Shown here piece after piece: positions 9,470 through 20,515 of a stretch of DNA of 64,000 nucleotides. The stretch is from an uncultured virus (IMG/VR IMGVR_UViG_3300037312_001617). Taxonomy: Duplodnaviria > Heunggongvirae > Uroviricota > Caudoviricetes. Under the pieces are notes generated by a model, which was not told where the DNA came from, did not search any database, and saw only the letters and a program-made list of their open reading frames with translations. The stretch's first letter is position 1. Every line of letters starts with the position of its first letter. The stretch covers positions 1 through 64,000 of the IMG/VR virus record IMGVR_UViG_3300037312_001617. One strand, 5' to 3'. Position numbers and translations under genes: made by a program.

Positions 9470-10016
9470 TCACGTTCACTCCTGTTACTTTATATTGTTC
9501 ATTTACTTTTTTGATTTGGATATAGTACCAATCATCTCTCTCCCAAACTTTCCCATCATTATCAGTGTTTTGTGAATGGACTACTAAACTCCATACCACA
9601 TTTGTTTTAGAAGTAGAGGGTGCGCCTGCATCAGTAACGGAAACCCATTTTTGTTTAACCGTTTCTAACGTCCCTCTAGATGGATGTTGGATTAAGTATT
9701 TATAATAGTCTTCACTCATGAAATTTTTGCTATTTTCAATGTTTTGTAGGGGATGAGTTGCATCGAAATCGTGGTAGGATTTGGTGAATTGGATGGCTAG
9801 TTCTTTAGTTTGTTGAAGTTCTTCTTGAGAAACGCCTCCCTGATCTTCATCAATCAGGGAGGCGTCTTCATAATCATATGCTTTTTTGGTGGGTTGAGCC
9901 TGTTTGGGTTCAGACTTGATTTCTTTCTTATTATCACTATCTCGAGTCCCCAAAAAAAGAGCGATGGCACAAATAATTACCGCCATTAAAATATAAAATC
10001 TTGTTCTTCCATCCAT
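9456..10016 (-). CDS. Membrane-anchored conjugation protein (VirB8/NTF2-like)
   Basis: Single N-terminal TM; A..F...Y pattern; T4SS operon context. Confidence 0.6.
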   Translation of the reverse strand: MDGRTRFYILMAVIICAIALFLGTRDSDNKKEIKSEPKQAQPTKKAYDYEDASLIDEDQGGVSQEELQQTKELAIQFTKSYHDFDATHPLQNIENSKNFMSEDYYKYLIQHPSRGTLETVKQKWVSVTDAGAPSTSKTNVVWSLVVHSQNTDNDGKVWERDDWYYIQIKKVNEQYKVTGVNVNAPF

Positions 10017-10018
10017 TA

Positions 10019-11815
10019 TTATTTAGCCTCCTCAAAGACATTTTCAGCTTCATTATCTTCGTCTACTAATGGCGGTAATTCTACAAGTTCTATACGATCA
10101 GATGTTGGTTGTTCAGTCTCTTGTGGTTGTTCATTCGTTTCTTCCTGCTCTGGAAGATCAACGATTTTATCATGATTCTCTCTCCAGTCATTAATTTGTA
10201 GTGATGGTGTTGGTTCTTCGTCATGAATAGGCAGAGTGATTACTGGAGGTTTTTGAATAGGTAGGTCGCCTATTGGAGCTTTAGCTTTTGCATCAGGTTC
10301 CTTCGTTTGTCGAACATCTTCTGACGGAGAGTCACTGCTACCTATCGAGCCTCCAATTGCACCACCAATAGCAGCTCCTTGCGCTCCTCCAACTGCTGCA
10401 CCCACAACTGTTCCTGCTAATTTAGTAACAGCACCCAAATGTTGAGTAGCAGTAGTCTTGAATTCTCTTACTTCGTTAAAGATTAAATTAAATTGTTTAG
10501 ATTCTCCGAAAATACGTTTGATTGGTTTCCATAAAAGCACGAAAGCGACAAGAATGGCCATCATAGAGAATCCGGACATAATATAACCACCCATATTAGA
10601 TGCATTGATGCTGTAAACAAGGTCCGAAATCATAAAGTAGATGAATGTAGCTAGTGAGATTAATACCTTGGCGATTAATGGGAAAGACAGATGGAACCCA
10701 AAACGCTTTAATACACCAATTTGATTCGGGAATGCTGACCAAGCAAAGACAAAAGGAGCAAGACAGGAAATCGCTAAGAACCAATACTGAGTCACTTCAA
10801 GGGCAATCATTAAGATAAGGAATGGAATTCCGTTTACAAAATTAAAGAAGCTATAAAATCCTGTAAAGACTAACCGAGCATCCACGTTTGTATAAGTCAT
10901 ATTGGTATTGTTTTTGTCGATTACTTCTTTTTGTTGAATGTATTCTAAACGATCTTTGTCAGGTTTCATCTTCAAAAGTTCATTAATCCGTGCCTTCCCT
11001 ATTTTAGAGACATCATCCGTTCCGTATTGCATGTATAAATAAGGACGAGTGACAAATTGTTCCCAAACTTCAGCAAATAAATCATCTTTAATGGCATCCA
11101 TTGGTTTATTTGAATTGGTGACAACGCTACTTGGTCCAACTAACACGACCTGAGAAAGACCGGTTGCGACTTGGTTCATCCCTTTTAAAAAAGAGCCATA
11201 ATTTGAGAAGAACCCTGCGGCTAAAGCAAGAACTAGAATGGTACTTCCAATACTTTTGAAGGCCCCCATCTGAGATCGTTTTCCGATAAACAGATATAGA
11301 GCGAATAAAACAGAAAACGCTGTGATGGCTGGCATGAATGAACCAATTAAACCACCACTCGTAAAACCACCAGCTGTATTAACTCCAGCTATTCCCCTCA
11401 TAAAACTCTCGATCTTATTATTAATTAATTTATCAATGACATCATGATTAAAAGCCATTTCCAATCCGTTAATCAGAGCAGTTGTAAGAAAAACATCGCA
11501 TCTAAAGAAAAAATTAGATAACATGTTTTTCATTTCATAAAACGATGTAACCATTTTGTCTTCTAATGCTTTACCAGTAAAGAAATCTTTGATAGCTCCA
11601 GCAGCGCTACCATCGTCTTCTTCTGGATTTGCTGTAATGTCTAGATAGTAATAAGGTTTGGAACCGTCATCTAGCTTATTGGTATAACCTTTAAAAATAT
11701 TATCTTCCAACGTTGTGCTGTTAGCAGCCATCGCAGGGGTGGTAACCATTAATAAAGCAACACTGGCGATAATCACAACCAACAGCTTTTTAATCTTGGG
11801 CAACAACATCTTCAC
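10019..11815 (-). CDS. VirB6-like polytopic T4SS membrane protein (TcpH/ConG type)
   Basis: Signal peptide, multiple TMs, WEQFVTRPYLYMQYG motif, acidic C-tail. Confidence 0.8.
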   Translation of the reverse strand: MKMLLPKIKKLLVVIIASVALLMVTTPAMAANSTTLEDNIFKGYTNKLDDGSKPYYYLDITANPEEDDGSAAGAIKDFFTGKALEDKMVTSFYEMKNMLSNFFFRCDVFLTTALINGLEMAFNHDVIDKLINNKIESFMRGIAGVNTAGGFTSGGLIGSFMPAITAFSVLFALYLFIGKRSQMGAFKSIGSTILVLALAAGFFSNYGSFLKGMNQVATGLSQVVLVGPSSVVTNSNKPMDAIKDDLFAEVWEQFVTRPYLYMQYGTDDVSKIGKARINELLKMKPDKDRLEYIQQKEVIDKNNTNMTYTNVDARLVFTGFYSFFNFVNGIPFLILMIALEVTQYWFLAISCLAPFVFAWSAFPNQIGVLKRFGFHLSFPLIAKVLISLATFIYFMISDLVYSINASNMGGYIMSGFSMMAILVAFVLLWKPIKRIFGESKQFNLIFNEVREFKTTATQHLGAVTKLAGTVVGAAVGGAQGAAIGGAIGGSIGSSDSPSEDVRQTKEPDAKAKAPIGDLPIQKPPVITLPIHDEEPTPSLQINDWRENHDKIVDLPEQEETNEQPQETEQPTSDRIELVELPPLVDEDNEAENVFEEAK

Positions 11816-12284
11816 CTTCTTTATAAGTGTGAACTAAGACACCTTCATTTTCATGACCAGCTATCGCATTCTTCATTTCTCTAGCTGAGATGCCACCAAG
11901 AGTAGTACTTTTCCAATGCCCGTTCTTTTCTTTGATCATCAACAGGTTTTGGGCATAATACTTCTCGTTAATCGCATGATAAAACTCGATACGGTAATAA
12001 AGTTTTTTTTCGTCTAAGTGATTGGGAAATCGCTTGATCAGATAGCGATTCCCCATTTTCTTTGCTAATCCAGGATGTGCATAATATCCTGCTTGCAGAG
12101 CACCTTGCGCGCTAGGCAACAGCACCTTTTTAAATAATTGGTCATTCCCTTCTACACTTGCAGTTATATACTCATATACAGCTTTATCGGCGTTTTTTAA
12201 TTCAGCGTTCTTCTGTGAAAGTAAGTCATAAAAGAAGAAGGAGAAGCTAAATAACGTAAACAGGATAGTAAGAACATTTTTCAT
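11790..12284 (-). CDS. Membrane-anchored hypothetical conjugation protein
   Basis: N-terminal TM; operon context. Confidence 0.6.
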   Translation of the reverse strand: MKNVLTILFTLFSFSFFFYDLLSQKNAELKNADKAVYEYITASVEGNDQLFKKVLLPSAQGALQAGYYAHPGLAKKMGNRYLIKRFPNHLDEKKLYYRIEFYHAINEKYYAQNLLMIKEKNGHWKSTTLGGISAREMKNAIAGHENEGVLVHTYKEGEDVVAQD

Positions 12285-14866
12285 TACATTACTCCTTCAA
12301 GTATTCTTTCTTCCTCGTGTGCTCGTTCTTCTTTCGTCGAAGTGGATGAGTCAAAGGCATCTAATACTTGTTTGAAAAGAGGATTGATATAGATTTTGGC
12401 AGTACGGCCATAAATATCTTGGAAGAAACATTCCCCTTTCCTCATAGAACGAAGTTGCTCCACGTTTTCATTAGTTACAGGAAGATTGAAGTATTTTAAC
12501 ATTTCAACTGCTTCTTTCTCGTTATTTAAAGCAAAACTAAACTTCATTCCAATGTTGTTCGTATCAGCTGAAAAGTCCGTTGAGTTTTGCGAACCCTTTA
12601 GTAAAGTTGTATTGTAATAACGTCCTTTTCGTACAACGAAATCTAATAGTTGAGCGCCCGTTTCAGACCTCTCAACGCTGCTTGCTTCGTCCTGAAGGAT
12701 AATCTTATGGACAGAACGTTCACTATTTAACATGAATCGTTTAGCAAACGCCGTAAGTCCAATCATAATGACTTCTGAAAATTTCCCCTGCGGTGTAGTG
12801 GCTGGCTTCCCGTTTTCTGGAAGCTGCAATTTCTCGATCATTAACACCTGAAGAGGCGTATCGATACTTAGAACTTTTGTTTGTTGCCCAATATCGCTGA
12901 AGAGTAATTTACCAAGATTATTTTGTTTAATTTCTCTAAGCGCCCCAGCTACTCTGAAATAGTTTTTATGGTAAGGATTATCAATACTTGTTTGTTTTAC
13001 TTTTTCGTCCGCGTGTTTTTTTACTGCTCCCAAACATGGCTCATACTTTTCGATTGCTTCTCCAAGTATTTCTCCTAAAACAACGTAATCAAAGCTACCT
13101 GGTTCAATATTCTGACAGTGTGAAATGATTTCCATCGCTAAATCTCTTGCCTCTCCGATGGTTTCACAAATACGGAAGGGATCTAAGCAACCCGTATCTT
13201 CTTCAACAGCTCCTAATGTCCATACGTTGATGTATTCTTTCGGGATGTATGGAAGGCCTTGAGCCCATTTCTTCCTGTCTCCTTTTGGATCAATGATGAG
13301 AGAAATTGATCCCATCAAAACCGCTAAATAAGACAGAAGGTTCATTAAAACCGATTTACCTTTACCAGTTGCACCAGCAACCATGATCGCAAGGGAATCA
13401 TATAAGTTTTGAATGTGAGTGTAGTTTTTAGCTGCAAGATCAAGTTGTATGAAAACAGGCTTATTTTGTTTGATGGTTTGTGCAAAATAAAATCCACGAC
13501 CATCTCCAATGTTGGTTGTCGCACCAAACATCATCCCTGCTAGAACATTAGGAGCTACCGGTTTTGTATAATCCCTGTTATATCGTTTTGAGCCGATGAT
13601 GGATTCAAGGAAGTAATTCAATTGTTCACCGAATGGAGAAACCACTTCGATGTGATATTTGCCTAATTTATCTTGCAAGTCTTCCACACGTCTTTTTAGC
13701 GTAGCCCGATCGTTAGCTGCAACCCGAAATAAAAACGAGCAATTATAGGAAGGCCATTCCGTCTCGCTAAACAAATCCTGAAATTTGATTCCGTTTTGCT
13801 CTGCTTTTTTTACATCGTTACCTGGGTTAGCACCTGCATTCAAAGCTTCTTTCTCTTGGTCCGCAATGACCAATAATTTGTTTGATAAAGCGGCTTTTGT
13901 TTTGTCATTCGGTACATACTCAGCTCGGATGGAATAAGTGACAGGAAACTCAAGTTCGTTTTGAAGGGTATATAGCCATTCCCAACCGGGATGTGCAGGA
14001 AATCCGTTGATTTTATGACATGCTAGATATTGAACATAGGTTTCTTCGATATCCTGGTTGACTAACCGTTGAACGAGTAAAGTAGTTCGATCGTATTCTT
14101 GAACTTCCGCATTTTGAATGTCGTGAAATGCTTTTTTATTAGGTCGCTTGGCTTTATATTTTTTTTCTTTTATAGTACCTTCCACGATTTCAGCAGATTC
14201 AAAATCAGGTCTTAGCGTAATCTCTCTTCCAACGGAATAATTCTGTTCCGAAAAGTAAACCATTTGAGTTGAAGTTGGCTTCTCAACTTTACAACCGAAA
14301 TTGTCTTCCAACATCCTGTGTAAGTTCGACGCTTCTTTATGATAGGTATCAATTTCACTTTGGAGATAATCACCTGGATAAAGCCCGACAGCCTGATAAA
14401 GAGGAGAGGCAAATCCTTTAACTAAATCCACTATATTTTTAACAATCGTATTCCCTCTGTTATTTTCTTTTAGGTGATTATGTCCATCTCGGATTTGTAA
14501 ACCTAAAAGAGCATGATACTCAATGGAATTTTTTTCGGTTTGATGTTTTTTTAATGCCTCTTTAGAAGCCTTCATGAAATTGATACCGTTTTGCTGCAAA
14601 GCGTAGTTTTTTCTTTCAAGCTCACGAACGGTTGCATTTAATATGTGGTCTGAATTCATAGGAGTAGGTATGACAACGAAGTGGAGATCGCTTTTATTTT
14701 TACTAAGGAAATTCAGTTGAGAGAAAAATGGAGCTTTTTGTCCTTGTTCATCTAAATGTTCATACCCAAATCCTTTAATCAGATAGTAAGCCCAAACCGT
14801 TCCGTCATTTCCGAAAGTAAGATTCCCGTCAATATGTCTGACGGGATATTCCGTAAAATTAATCAT
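12284..14866 (-). CDS. virB4: VirB4-like conjugation ATPase (TcpF/ConE family)
   Basis: Walker A GATGKGKS, IIDPKGD, Walker B ILQDEA, RKGRYYN, SQN. Confidence 0.92.
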   Translation of the reverse strand: MINFTEYPVRHIDGNLTFGNDGTVWAYYLIKGFGYEHLDEQGQKAPFFSQLNFLSKNKSDLHFVVIPTPMNSDHILNATVRELERKNYALQQNGINFMKASKEALKKHQTEKNSIEYHALLGLQIRDGHNHLKENNRGNTIVKNIVDLVKGFASPLYQAVGLYPGDYLQSEIDTYHKEASNLHRMLEDNFGCKVEKPTSTQMVYFSEQNYSVGREITLRPDFESAEIVEGTIKEKKYKAKRPNKKAFHDIQNAEVQEYDRTTLLVQRLVNQDIEETYVQYLACHKINGFPAHPGWEWLYTLQNELEFPVTYSIRAEYVPNDKTKAALSNKLLVIADQEKEALNAGANPGNDVKKAEQNGIKFQDLFSETEWPSYNCSFLFRVAANDRATLKRRVEDLQDKLGKYHIEVVSPFGEQLNYFLESIIGSKRYNRDYTKPVAPNVLAGMMFGATTNIGDGRGFYFAQTIKQNKPVFIQLDLAAKNYTHIQNLYDSLAIMVAGATGKGKSVLMNLLSYLAVLMGSISLIIDPKGDRKKWAQGLPYIPKEYINVWTLGAVEEDTGCLDPFRICETIGEARDLAMEIISHCQNIEPGSFDYVVLGEILGEAIEKYEPCLGAVKKHADEKVKQTSIDNPYHKNYFRVAGALREIKQNNLGKLLFSDIGQQTKVLSIDTPLQVLMIEKLQLPENGKPATTPQGKFSEVIMIGLTAFAKRFMLNSERSVHKIILQDEASSVERSETGAQLLDFVVRKGRYYNTTLLKGSQNSTDFSADTNNIGMKFSFALNNEKEAVEMLKYFNLPVTNENVEQLRSMRKGECFFQDIYGRTAKIYINPLFKQVLDAFDSSTSTKEERAHEEERILEGVM

Positions 14867-15302
14867 TTAGTTTTTCTCCTTCCTTTGGTTCTCGATAAGT
14901 TAGAAATCCACCAAGAATCAAACTGTGGAATTTATGGTTTTTTGGTCTTTGCAAATGCTTTCCTCTGTAATAACTGACACCTTTTATTTTTCGATATCCA
15001 TATAAGACAACGGATTTTAAAAATTTAATAGGCGAACGATGTTCCGTACCGATATCGGTAAGAAAATAGGTGAACGCTGTAGGAATGATGATATAGAACA
15101 CTCCAAAATCATGAAAATCGATGGCTAAAACATCTTTTATGATTGGAATAAAATTGACTATGATCATAAAAGAAAGAGGGGCAAGGAAGTAGAGAACCGA
15201 TCTCACTGGGACCGGTTTTGCAAACTTCAAACCCCCGAAGCCATAAAATTTCTTATCAAATTTCATGGCTTCATCTAAGACATATAAATTAATTTTTTTC
15301 AT
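14859..15302 (-). CDS. TcpE family (VirB3-like) protein
   Basis: Two TMs, YGFGGLKF.KPV; directly upstream of VirB4. Confidence 0.8.
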   Translation of the reverse strand: MKKINLYVLDEAMKFDKKFYGFGGLKFAKPVPVRSVLYFLAPLSFMIIVNFIPIIKDVLAIDFHDFGVFYIIIPTAFTYFLTDIGTEHRSPIKFLKSVVLYGYRKIKGVSYYRGKHLQRPKNHKFHSLILGGFLTYREPKEGEKLND

Positions 15303-15308
15303 CTGTCT

Positions 15309-15527
15309 TTACCATCCTAGTAAGCCGCTGACTGAAGAAGAAATGCTTGAAAGTGCATCTGGAGAGTTTAGGAAATACCCAAACACAGCCATACCTAAGA
15401 TAATCCACAGTCCGCTAAACCAAGCCTTTTTCCAGATGATTCCTCCAACAGTGATGATGACAAAAATGGAGTAAAGTATCAAAGCTTGAGATTGTACCCA
15501 ATCAAAAATTCCGTCTAATGTTGGCAT
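15309..15527 (-). CDS. TcpD-like small membrane protein
   Basis: 72 aa, two TMs, between tcpC and tcpE. Confidence 0.65.
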   Translation of the reverse strand: MPTLDGIFDWVQSQALILYSIFVIITVGGIIWKKAWFSGLWIILGMAVFGYFLNSPDALSSISSSVSGLLGW

Positions 15528-15555
15528 AAATAAAACAGCTCCCTTTTATAATTTT

Positions 15556-16614
15556 TTAATTTATTTTAGTGACAACGTAATGGTCGTCACGTTGCTCTAC
15601 TGTCAAACGATAGTTTGTTAGAAACTGAGATTGAGAGACAGGATCTGCGAATTGAACTTTACAATCGACGATATACTGATTCTTGCTTTTCCCTTCATAA
15701 ACGGTGCTTTCCTCTACTTTTACAAAGCTCATTGAGTTTTGTAATCCGTTTTGATGCTTGCTATCTTCTAAGATATAAGACAATTTATCTTTACTGTCTT
15801 GAGCGTAGCTTTCAAAGAAGGTATTGAGGAAATTCGAAATATTCTGAATCAAAAGGGTGCTCGTTGCCTTTTTCATCTTATTTTCTTCATCTGCTATTAG
15901 AGTTGTTTTTTCTGGAACGGTTGTAAAAGTAGGTAATTCATAAACTCCGTAACTATTGCCATCAAATTGAACGGGGACGACAATCGTTTTTGTAGCTTCT
16001 TTCTTTTCTGGTGGAGGGGCAGGAGCTGGCTTAGCCCCTCCTGCCTGTGCTGTTTGTGCTGGTGCTGGTACGGAAGTTACTTCATAGGTAGCGGTAAAAA
16101 CGATCTTTGCTTTATTATGGCCGATATTCTCCACACTTTTGAGTTTGGCATCTTTAAAAATTGAAGTTGTTTTGATTCGATCCGTATCCAGTCCTGCGTC
16201 CGGATCTATTCCATCCGCTAAATACTTACTCATCTGTTCTTCGCGAGTTTCTTTAGCTCCATCTTCTGTACTCCAGGTGAAGTAAACAGAAACAAAATCC
16301 TTAGCAAATTGAACGGCTGCTTGTGAGGTGGCTGGGTTATCTTTTTTCACTTGAACCACAGGTGCTTTGATTTCCTTTGCGGTAGCATCCTCTTTTACAA
16401 TGTTTGTATAACTAAAAATTCCAGCTGAGATAATCACACACCAACCTATCACGGCACCCGTTCGCCGCATGGTATAACTTCTTGGTGTTGAACTTTTAAC
16501 TTTCTCTTTCTTTTTTTTATCTTTTTCTGCAAATTTATCCCAGACCATATTCACCTGATTCAATTTTTCCTGACGTTCTGCCCGTTTTTCTTCTTTCGTT
16601 TTTCTCCTTTTCAT
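15556..16614 (-). CDS. TcpC/ConB family conjugal transfer protein (VirB8-like)
   Basis: Single TM; FAKDFVSVYFTW; NFLNTFFESY second domain. Confidence 0.85.
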   Translation of the reverse strand: MKRRKTKEEKRAERQEKLNQVNMVWDKFAEKDKKKKEKVKSSTPRSYTMRRTGAVIGWCVIISAGIFSYTNIVKEDATAKEIKAPVVQVKKDNPATSQAAVQFAKDFVSVYFTWSTEDGAKETREEQMSKYLADGIDPDAGLDTDRIKTTSIFKDAKLKSVENIGHNKAKIVFTATYEVTSVPAPAQTAQAGGAKPAPAPPPEKKEATKTIVVPVQFDGNSYGVYELPTFTTVPEKTTLIADEENKMKKATSTLLIQNISNFLNTFFESYAQDSKDKLSYILEDSKHQNGLQNSMSFVKVEESTVYEGKSKNQYIVDCKVQFADPVSQSQFLTNYRLTVEQRDDHYVVTKIN

Positions 16615-16625
16615 GGCTCCTCCTT

Positions 16626-17546
16626 TTACAAGCCGGTCAATTCATTTGGATTCCCTAAAGCTCGGTATACTTTTCCGAATGGATTGACCAACAAATCGTC
16701 TTTGGATGCGACTTTTAATGGAACTAAACACTTTTCATCGCGCAAATGTTTTTGCACAATTCTCTTTGCCATAGATCCATTATTACCAATAAATAAGATC
16801 ATCCAGTGGGAAATCGGATGCTCAAAACCAACATGACGGTCGTATTTCTTCATGCGCTCCGCATATTTTTCCTCGTTACTTCTATCAAAGAAGTGATTGT
16901 ATTGATCTATTTTCCCAATAAGCGATGTGCGACTAGCGTAGGATCTCTCCATCTCCATAAAGACTCCAATGTTATTACTGCTTAATTCACCATCTTTGTC
17001 GGGTTTGCCAAGTACCATTATTCCGTCAGGACGAATTTTATGAGATATTGAATCTTTACTACCAACCTTTTTCTCAAAGAATTGGTAGTAGGCTTTTGCT
17101 TCTGCAATCCATTCTTTGACCACAATACCTGAAGCGTGAGTTTCAAAGCTTTTGGCAACTTCCGATAATGTTAATGTGTGTGGATACCAAGGAGGAGGTT
17201 GAATGCTCCACTTGGCATTCCAATGCACAGCACCTGTTAGTTGCTCTACATTATCCACTCCAAATTTTTGTAGTGTGTAAACATTAGATGGTCTTTTATG
17301 TCCTTCCTTGATTGGCAGGGCAAAAGAAGTGATATACCCTGCCTTTTCAAGTGTGGATAACCTTCTATAATTATTTTTTTCATTATTCCTTTGAAGCCTT
17401 TCGATTTCTTCTGGGGCTAATGTTTCTTCGTTTTCGATTTCTAATACGTAAATGTATTTATCGATGAACTCTTTGCTCAGATAAATGAATTTATGCAAAT
17501 GTAAAAGAAGCTGTCTGTCCTGTTCGTCTAATGGTAAGTACTTCAT
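16626..17546 (-). CDS. Replication-relaxation (Replic_Relax) family protein, putative relaxase
   Basis: N-terminal wHTH (RRLSTLEKAGYI), HTL, IRPDG, FMEMER, KIDQY. Confidence 0.85.
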   Translation of the reverse strand: MKYLPLDEQDRQLLLHLHKFIYLSKEFIDKYIYVLEIENEETLAPEEIERLQRNNEKNNYRRLSTLEKAGYITSFALPIKEGHKRPSNVYTLQKFGVDNVEQLTGAVHWNAKWSIQPPPWYPHTLTLSEVAKSFETHASGIVVKEWIAEAKAYYQFFEKKVGSKDSISHKIRPDGIMVLGKPDKDGELSSNNIGVFMEMERSYASRTSLIGKIDQYNHFFDRSNEEKYAERMKKYDRHVGFEHPISHWMILFIGNNGSMAKRIVQKHLRDEKCLVPLKVASKDDLLVNPFGKVYRALGNPNELTGL

Positions 17547-17608
17547 TGGTTCCCTCCAAAGAGATTTAATTATTGGATGGGAAAGGTGAGACCTAGCGCT
17601 TTATCACC

Positions 17609-20515
17609 TCACAAGAGATCCAAAAGGCTGCCGCTTTGTTCTTCTTGCATTTTCCGAGCCTTTTCCTGCTCTTCATCTAATGCTCGCTGCAACTCTTCAT
17701 AATCAAGTGGTTCTGGATCTTCTGATTTTTTGATGACCGTAAGCGGATAATCATCCTCACTGTTTTGATCATGACTCGAATCATTCCCTCCACTATCTGT
17801 CTTATCCAATAAAGACAGCATTGATACCACATTTTGTTTTGGTGTTTCCATCGTTTCTGCTTCTGGAACTTCTCCGTATAAATAATTGTCAATTTGTTTA
17901 TCAATCTCTGTAAAGTGCAAACCGTCATTACTTTGAAGTTCTTTCGCTTTATCCATGGTCCAACGATTAGATTCTGCAATTTTCTTTTTATCTCCAAAGG
18001 TAGCTATTTCTCCGTTCGGTAAATAACGATCGAGCGGAGGAACTTCTACGACTGTTTGATATGCTTTTTCTACTCCGTCTACATTATCCGTTATTTTTAC
18101 AACAGCGGTTCGTTTAGGAAGGTTTCTTAAAAATGCCTCGGAATAAACCGTCTTTTGCTTGCCGTTGCTATCCTCGATAGTGAAAGCAGAAGCGGCAAGC
18201 CTCGCATTTTTTGGACCCTGTTTACAGACAAATAAATTACCTGTTACCTCTGTTAAAGCGTCAAACAATTCATCCGGTAAGTCGATGATACTTTGCGTGA
18301 CAGCTCCCAGGGCTAAACCTTTTTTACGTTGTTCGCGGACAATGTAAGGGAGGATTGAAGCACGAACTTTATGAGCTTCATCAATACAAAATAGATGTAA
18401 CAATGGAGTAGATTCCGCGTCCCTTGTATCTGCAATTCGATAATACAAGTAAGTTAAGTAACTGCCTACTAACGATATCTCTGTCTCACTCATCCCACTA
18501 AAATCATAAAGAATAATATATCCTTCGTCCATCCATTTGCGGAGTGGAAAATTAAAGTTCTTTTGTCCGAACACACGCTTTAAAAACGTATTAGATGAAA
18601 AAATGTCTAATCGGTTTAATAAAGAGATAGCGGAAGCATCAAGCATTCCTTCTGCTTCATTACGCCAAAATTCAACGATATCCCGGTGTTTCCCGGTTTT
18701 AGCAAGGCGATCAACGATCGGGTCTCTAAACTTTGCATTGTAGAGAAGAGGACGAACACCCAAAACGATATGCTGTTCCTCCGTATCGGCCATTAAGGTA
18801 CGAATTGACATTTTTAAAAGTCTCTCCGTTTGTGGAGCCGGTTGAAAATAATCTTGTATCACTTTGAAAACTTGATCGGCTGCTAGTTCCTCAGATTCTC
18901 CCTCCATTTTGTAAAATAAGTTGAGCGCTGGAGGAAAATCGGAGTTTCTCCAAGAAACCCATTTTACTTTGTTCCAATTAATTTGGAATCTCGGTTCTCT
19001 TCCTTCTCTTTCTGCTGCTTGTTTTTCCCATACTTCTCTAACCATCAAATTATTCAGCATTAAAAGTGCGGTATCCCTTGCAGGGTCTATAAATGAATAG
19101 CCAGCAGACAGCACTTTATTTAGAAAATCATCATTAAAACTTTTTAAAATCTGATTTAAAAGAGTGGATTTACCCGAACCGTTTTCCCCTGTGAGAACCC
19201 AATGTTCACCGATATAACGCGGTAACACTCGGACTTCACGATCTTTTATAAACGGATGGAATTGATATCCGAATGGGACTCCGTTCTCATTGGATAGAAC
19301 ATTTTTAGGAAGAAGTTCTCTCCCCTCAGAATTATGAGGGATTAAGTCTCTTTGTTTTACGACAAGTCCTTCTCCAGTTAAGTGTGGAAAGTGGACGAGA
19401 TTGGCTAATTCGCTCCCAACCCATACCATTCGATAGCGATGCATGGAAGGATAATGAGAAACCGAATGTCTCATCTTCCGATATTTCAAACCATTTACAT
19501 CCTCCATAAGCCCATCAATCGCTTGACCTACACTTTTCAACATCTTAACGCCGGGATAGTGTTCTGTTGCAATGGAAATCGTTACATCAAAAGCAACCTC
19601 ATTTCCAGAAAAGCGATGATCCCATGATTTCAATTCCTCTTTGTCTACAAAGGATCGCTCGTTTGATTTCTTGTTGCTTTTGTTTTCTTTTTGAGCAGCT
19701 TCAATTTCTTCCCGCAGTTTTTTGCCGTTATTCGGGACGAAAGCAATTTGCAACCAAGTATTCGGCTCCATGTTATTTAAAACAATTGGGAGCTTATCGA
19801 CTTTATACCTGGAGAGCGATAAGGTTTTATCCATTTTTTTACGGATAAATTTTAATCTCCCTCCCACGGAGTTTCTATTTTTCACCTTGATTTCAAATGG
19901 AAGAAATTTAAACTTCTTCTTCTTCCACATTTCAGGAAATCTTAGTTTGCTTAGTTTATCTGGATCATAAAATTCGACCCGTGAGTAAAGGGATGACCAA
20001 TGTTTTTTGAAATAGTCAATTCGGTCTTTTGGTGCTCCCAGGTAAAAACAAATGCTTTCGTCGTCTCCATAATGAATTAAAAAATTGTATCTTTCTTTCC
20101 CGAAAATCAAACGGGCGAGAGGTGAACGTTTTGATTTGTGAATAATCCTTATGGCCTCACCTAAAGTCTGTGGTGTAACTCCATCTTTAGAATGAGGTAG
20201 CGCAAGGCTGTATACATATTTCTTTTTATTCCACAAATGGGTGAAAATTCCTCTAATCAACAGGAGAATTATCATAAGAAGTGCTGCGACCAATATTTTA
20301 GGAAAATAGTAATTTATGATGTTTTGAATCTTTGTTGTTGGTATGAATTTTGCGAGAAATGGCCGTTGATACAACCACATGTATACAAATAATGAAGGGA
20401 TGATGACTGCGGACATGATGCTAATTTGTTTGCGATTCTCCCAAGCTGACTTAAAGAACTCCTCCATTTGTTTCTCTACTTGGTCGTCAAATTTGCTTCG
20501 TTTTATAGTTCCCAC
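17609..20515 (-). CDS. virD4: VirD4-like type IV coupling protein
   Basis: Two N-terminal TMs; GENGSGKS; FIDP; CIDEAH; REQRKKGL..AVTQ. Confidence 0.88.
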   Translation of the reverse strand: MGTIKRSKFDDQVEKQMEEFFKSAWENRKQISIMSAVIIPSLFVYMWLYQRPFLAKFIPTTKIQNIINYYFPKILVAALLMIILLLIRGIFTHLWNKKKYVYSLALPHSKDGVTPQTLGEAIRIIHKSKRSPLARLIFGKERYNFLIHYGDDESICFYLGAPKDRIDYFKKHWSSLYSRVEFYDPDKLSKLRFPEMWKKKKFKFLPFEIKVKNRNSVGGRLKFIRKKMDKTLSLSRYKVDKLPIVLNNMEPNTWLQIAFVPNNGKKLREEIEAAQKENKSNKKSNERSFVDKEELKSWDHRFSGNEVAFDVTISIATEHYPGVKMLKSVGQAIDGLMEDVNGLKYRKMRHSVSHYPSMHRYRMVWVGSELANLVHFPHLTGEGLVVKQRDLIPHNSEGRELLPKNVLSNENGVPFGYQFHPFIKDREVRVLPRYIGEHWVLTGENGSGKSTLLNQILKSFNDDFLNKVLSAGYSFIDPARDTALLMLNNLMVREVWEKQAAEREGREPRFQINWNKVKWVSWRNSDFPPALNLFYKMEGESEELAADQVFKVIQDYFQPAPQTERLLKMSIRTLMADTEEQHIVLGVRPLLYNAKFRDPIVDRLAKTGKHRDIVEFWRNEAEGMLDASAISLLNRLDIFSSNTFLKRVFGQKNFNFPLRKWMDEGYIILYDFSGMSETEISLVGSYLTYLYYRIADTRDAESTPLLHLFCIDEAHKVRASILPYIVREQRKKGLALGAVTQSIIDLPDELFDALTEVTGNLFVCKQGPKNARLAASAFTIEDSNGKQKTVYSEAFLRNLPKRTAVVKITDNVDGVEKAYQTVVEVPPLDRYLPNGEIATFGDKKKIAESNRWTMDKAKELQSNDGLHFTEIDKQIDNYLYGEVPEAETMETPKQNVVSMLSLLDKTDSGGNDSSHDQNSEDDYPLTVIKKSEDPEPLDYEELQRALDEEQEKARKMQEEQSGSLLDLL

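Noticed and set aside
17352..17360. DnaA box TGTGGATAA
   Set aside because: Single copy inside a coding sequence; expected by chance.
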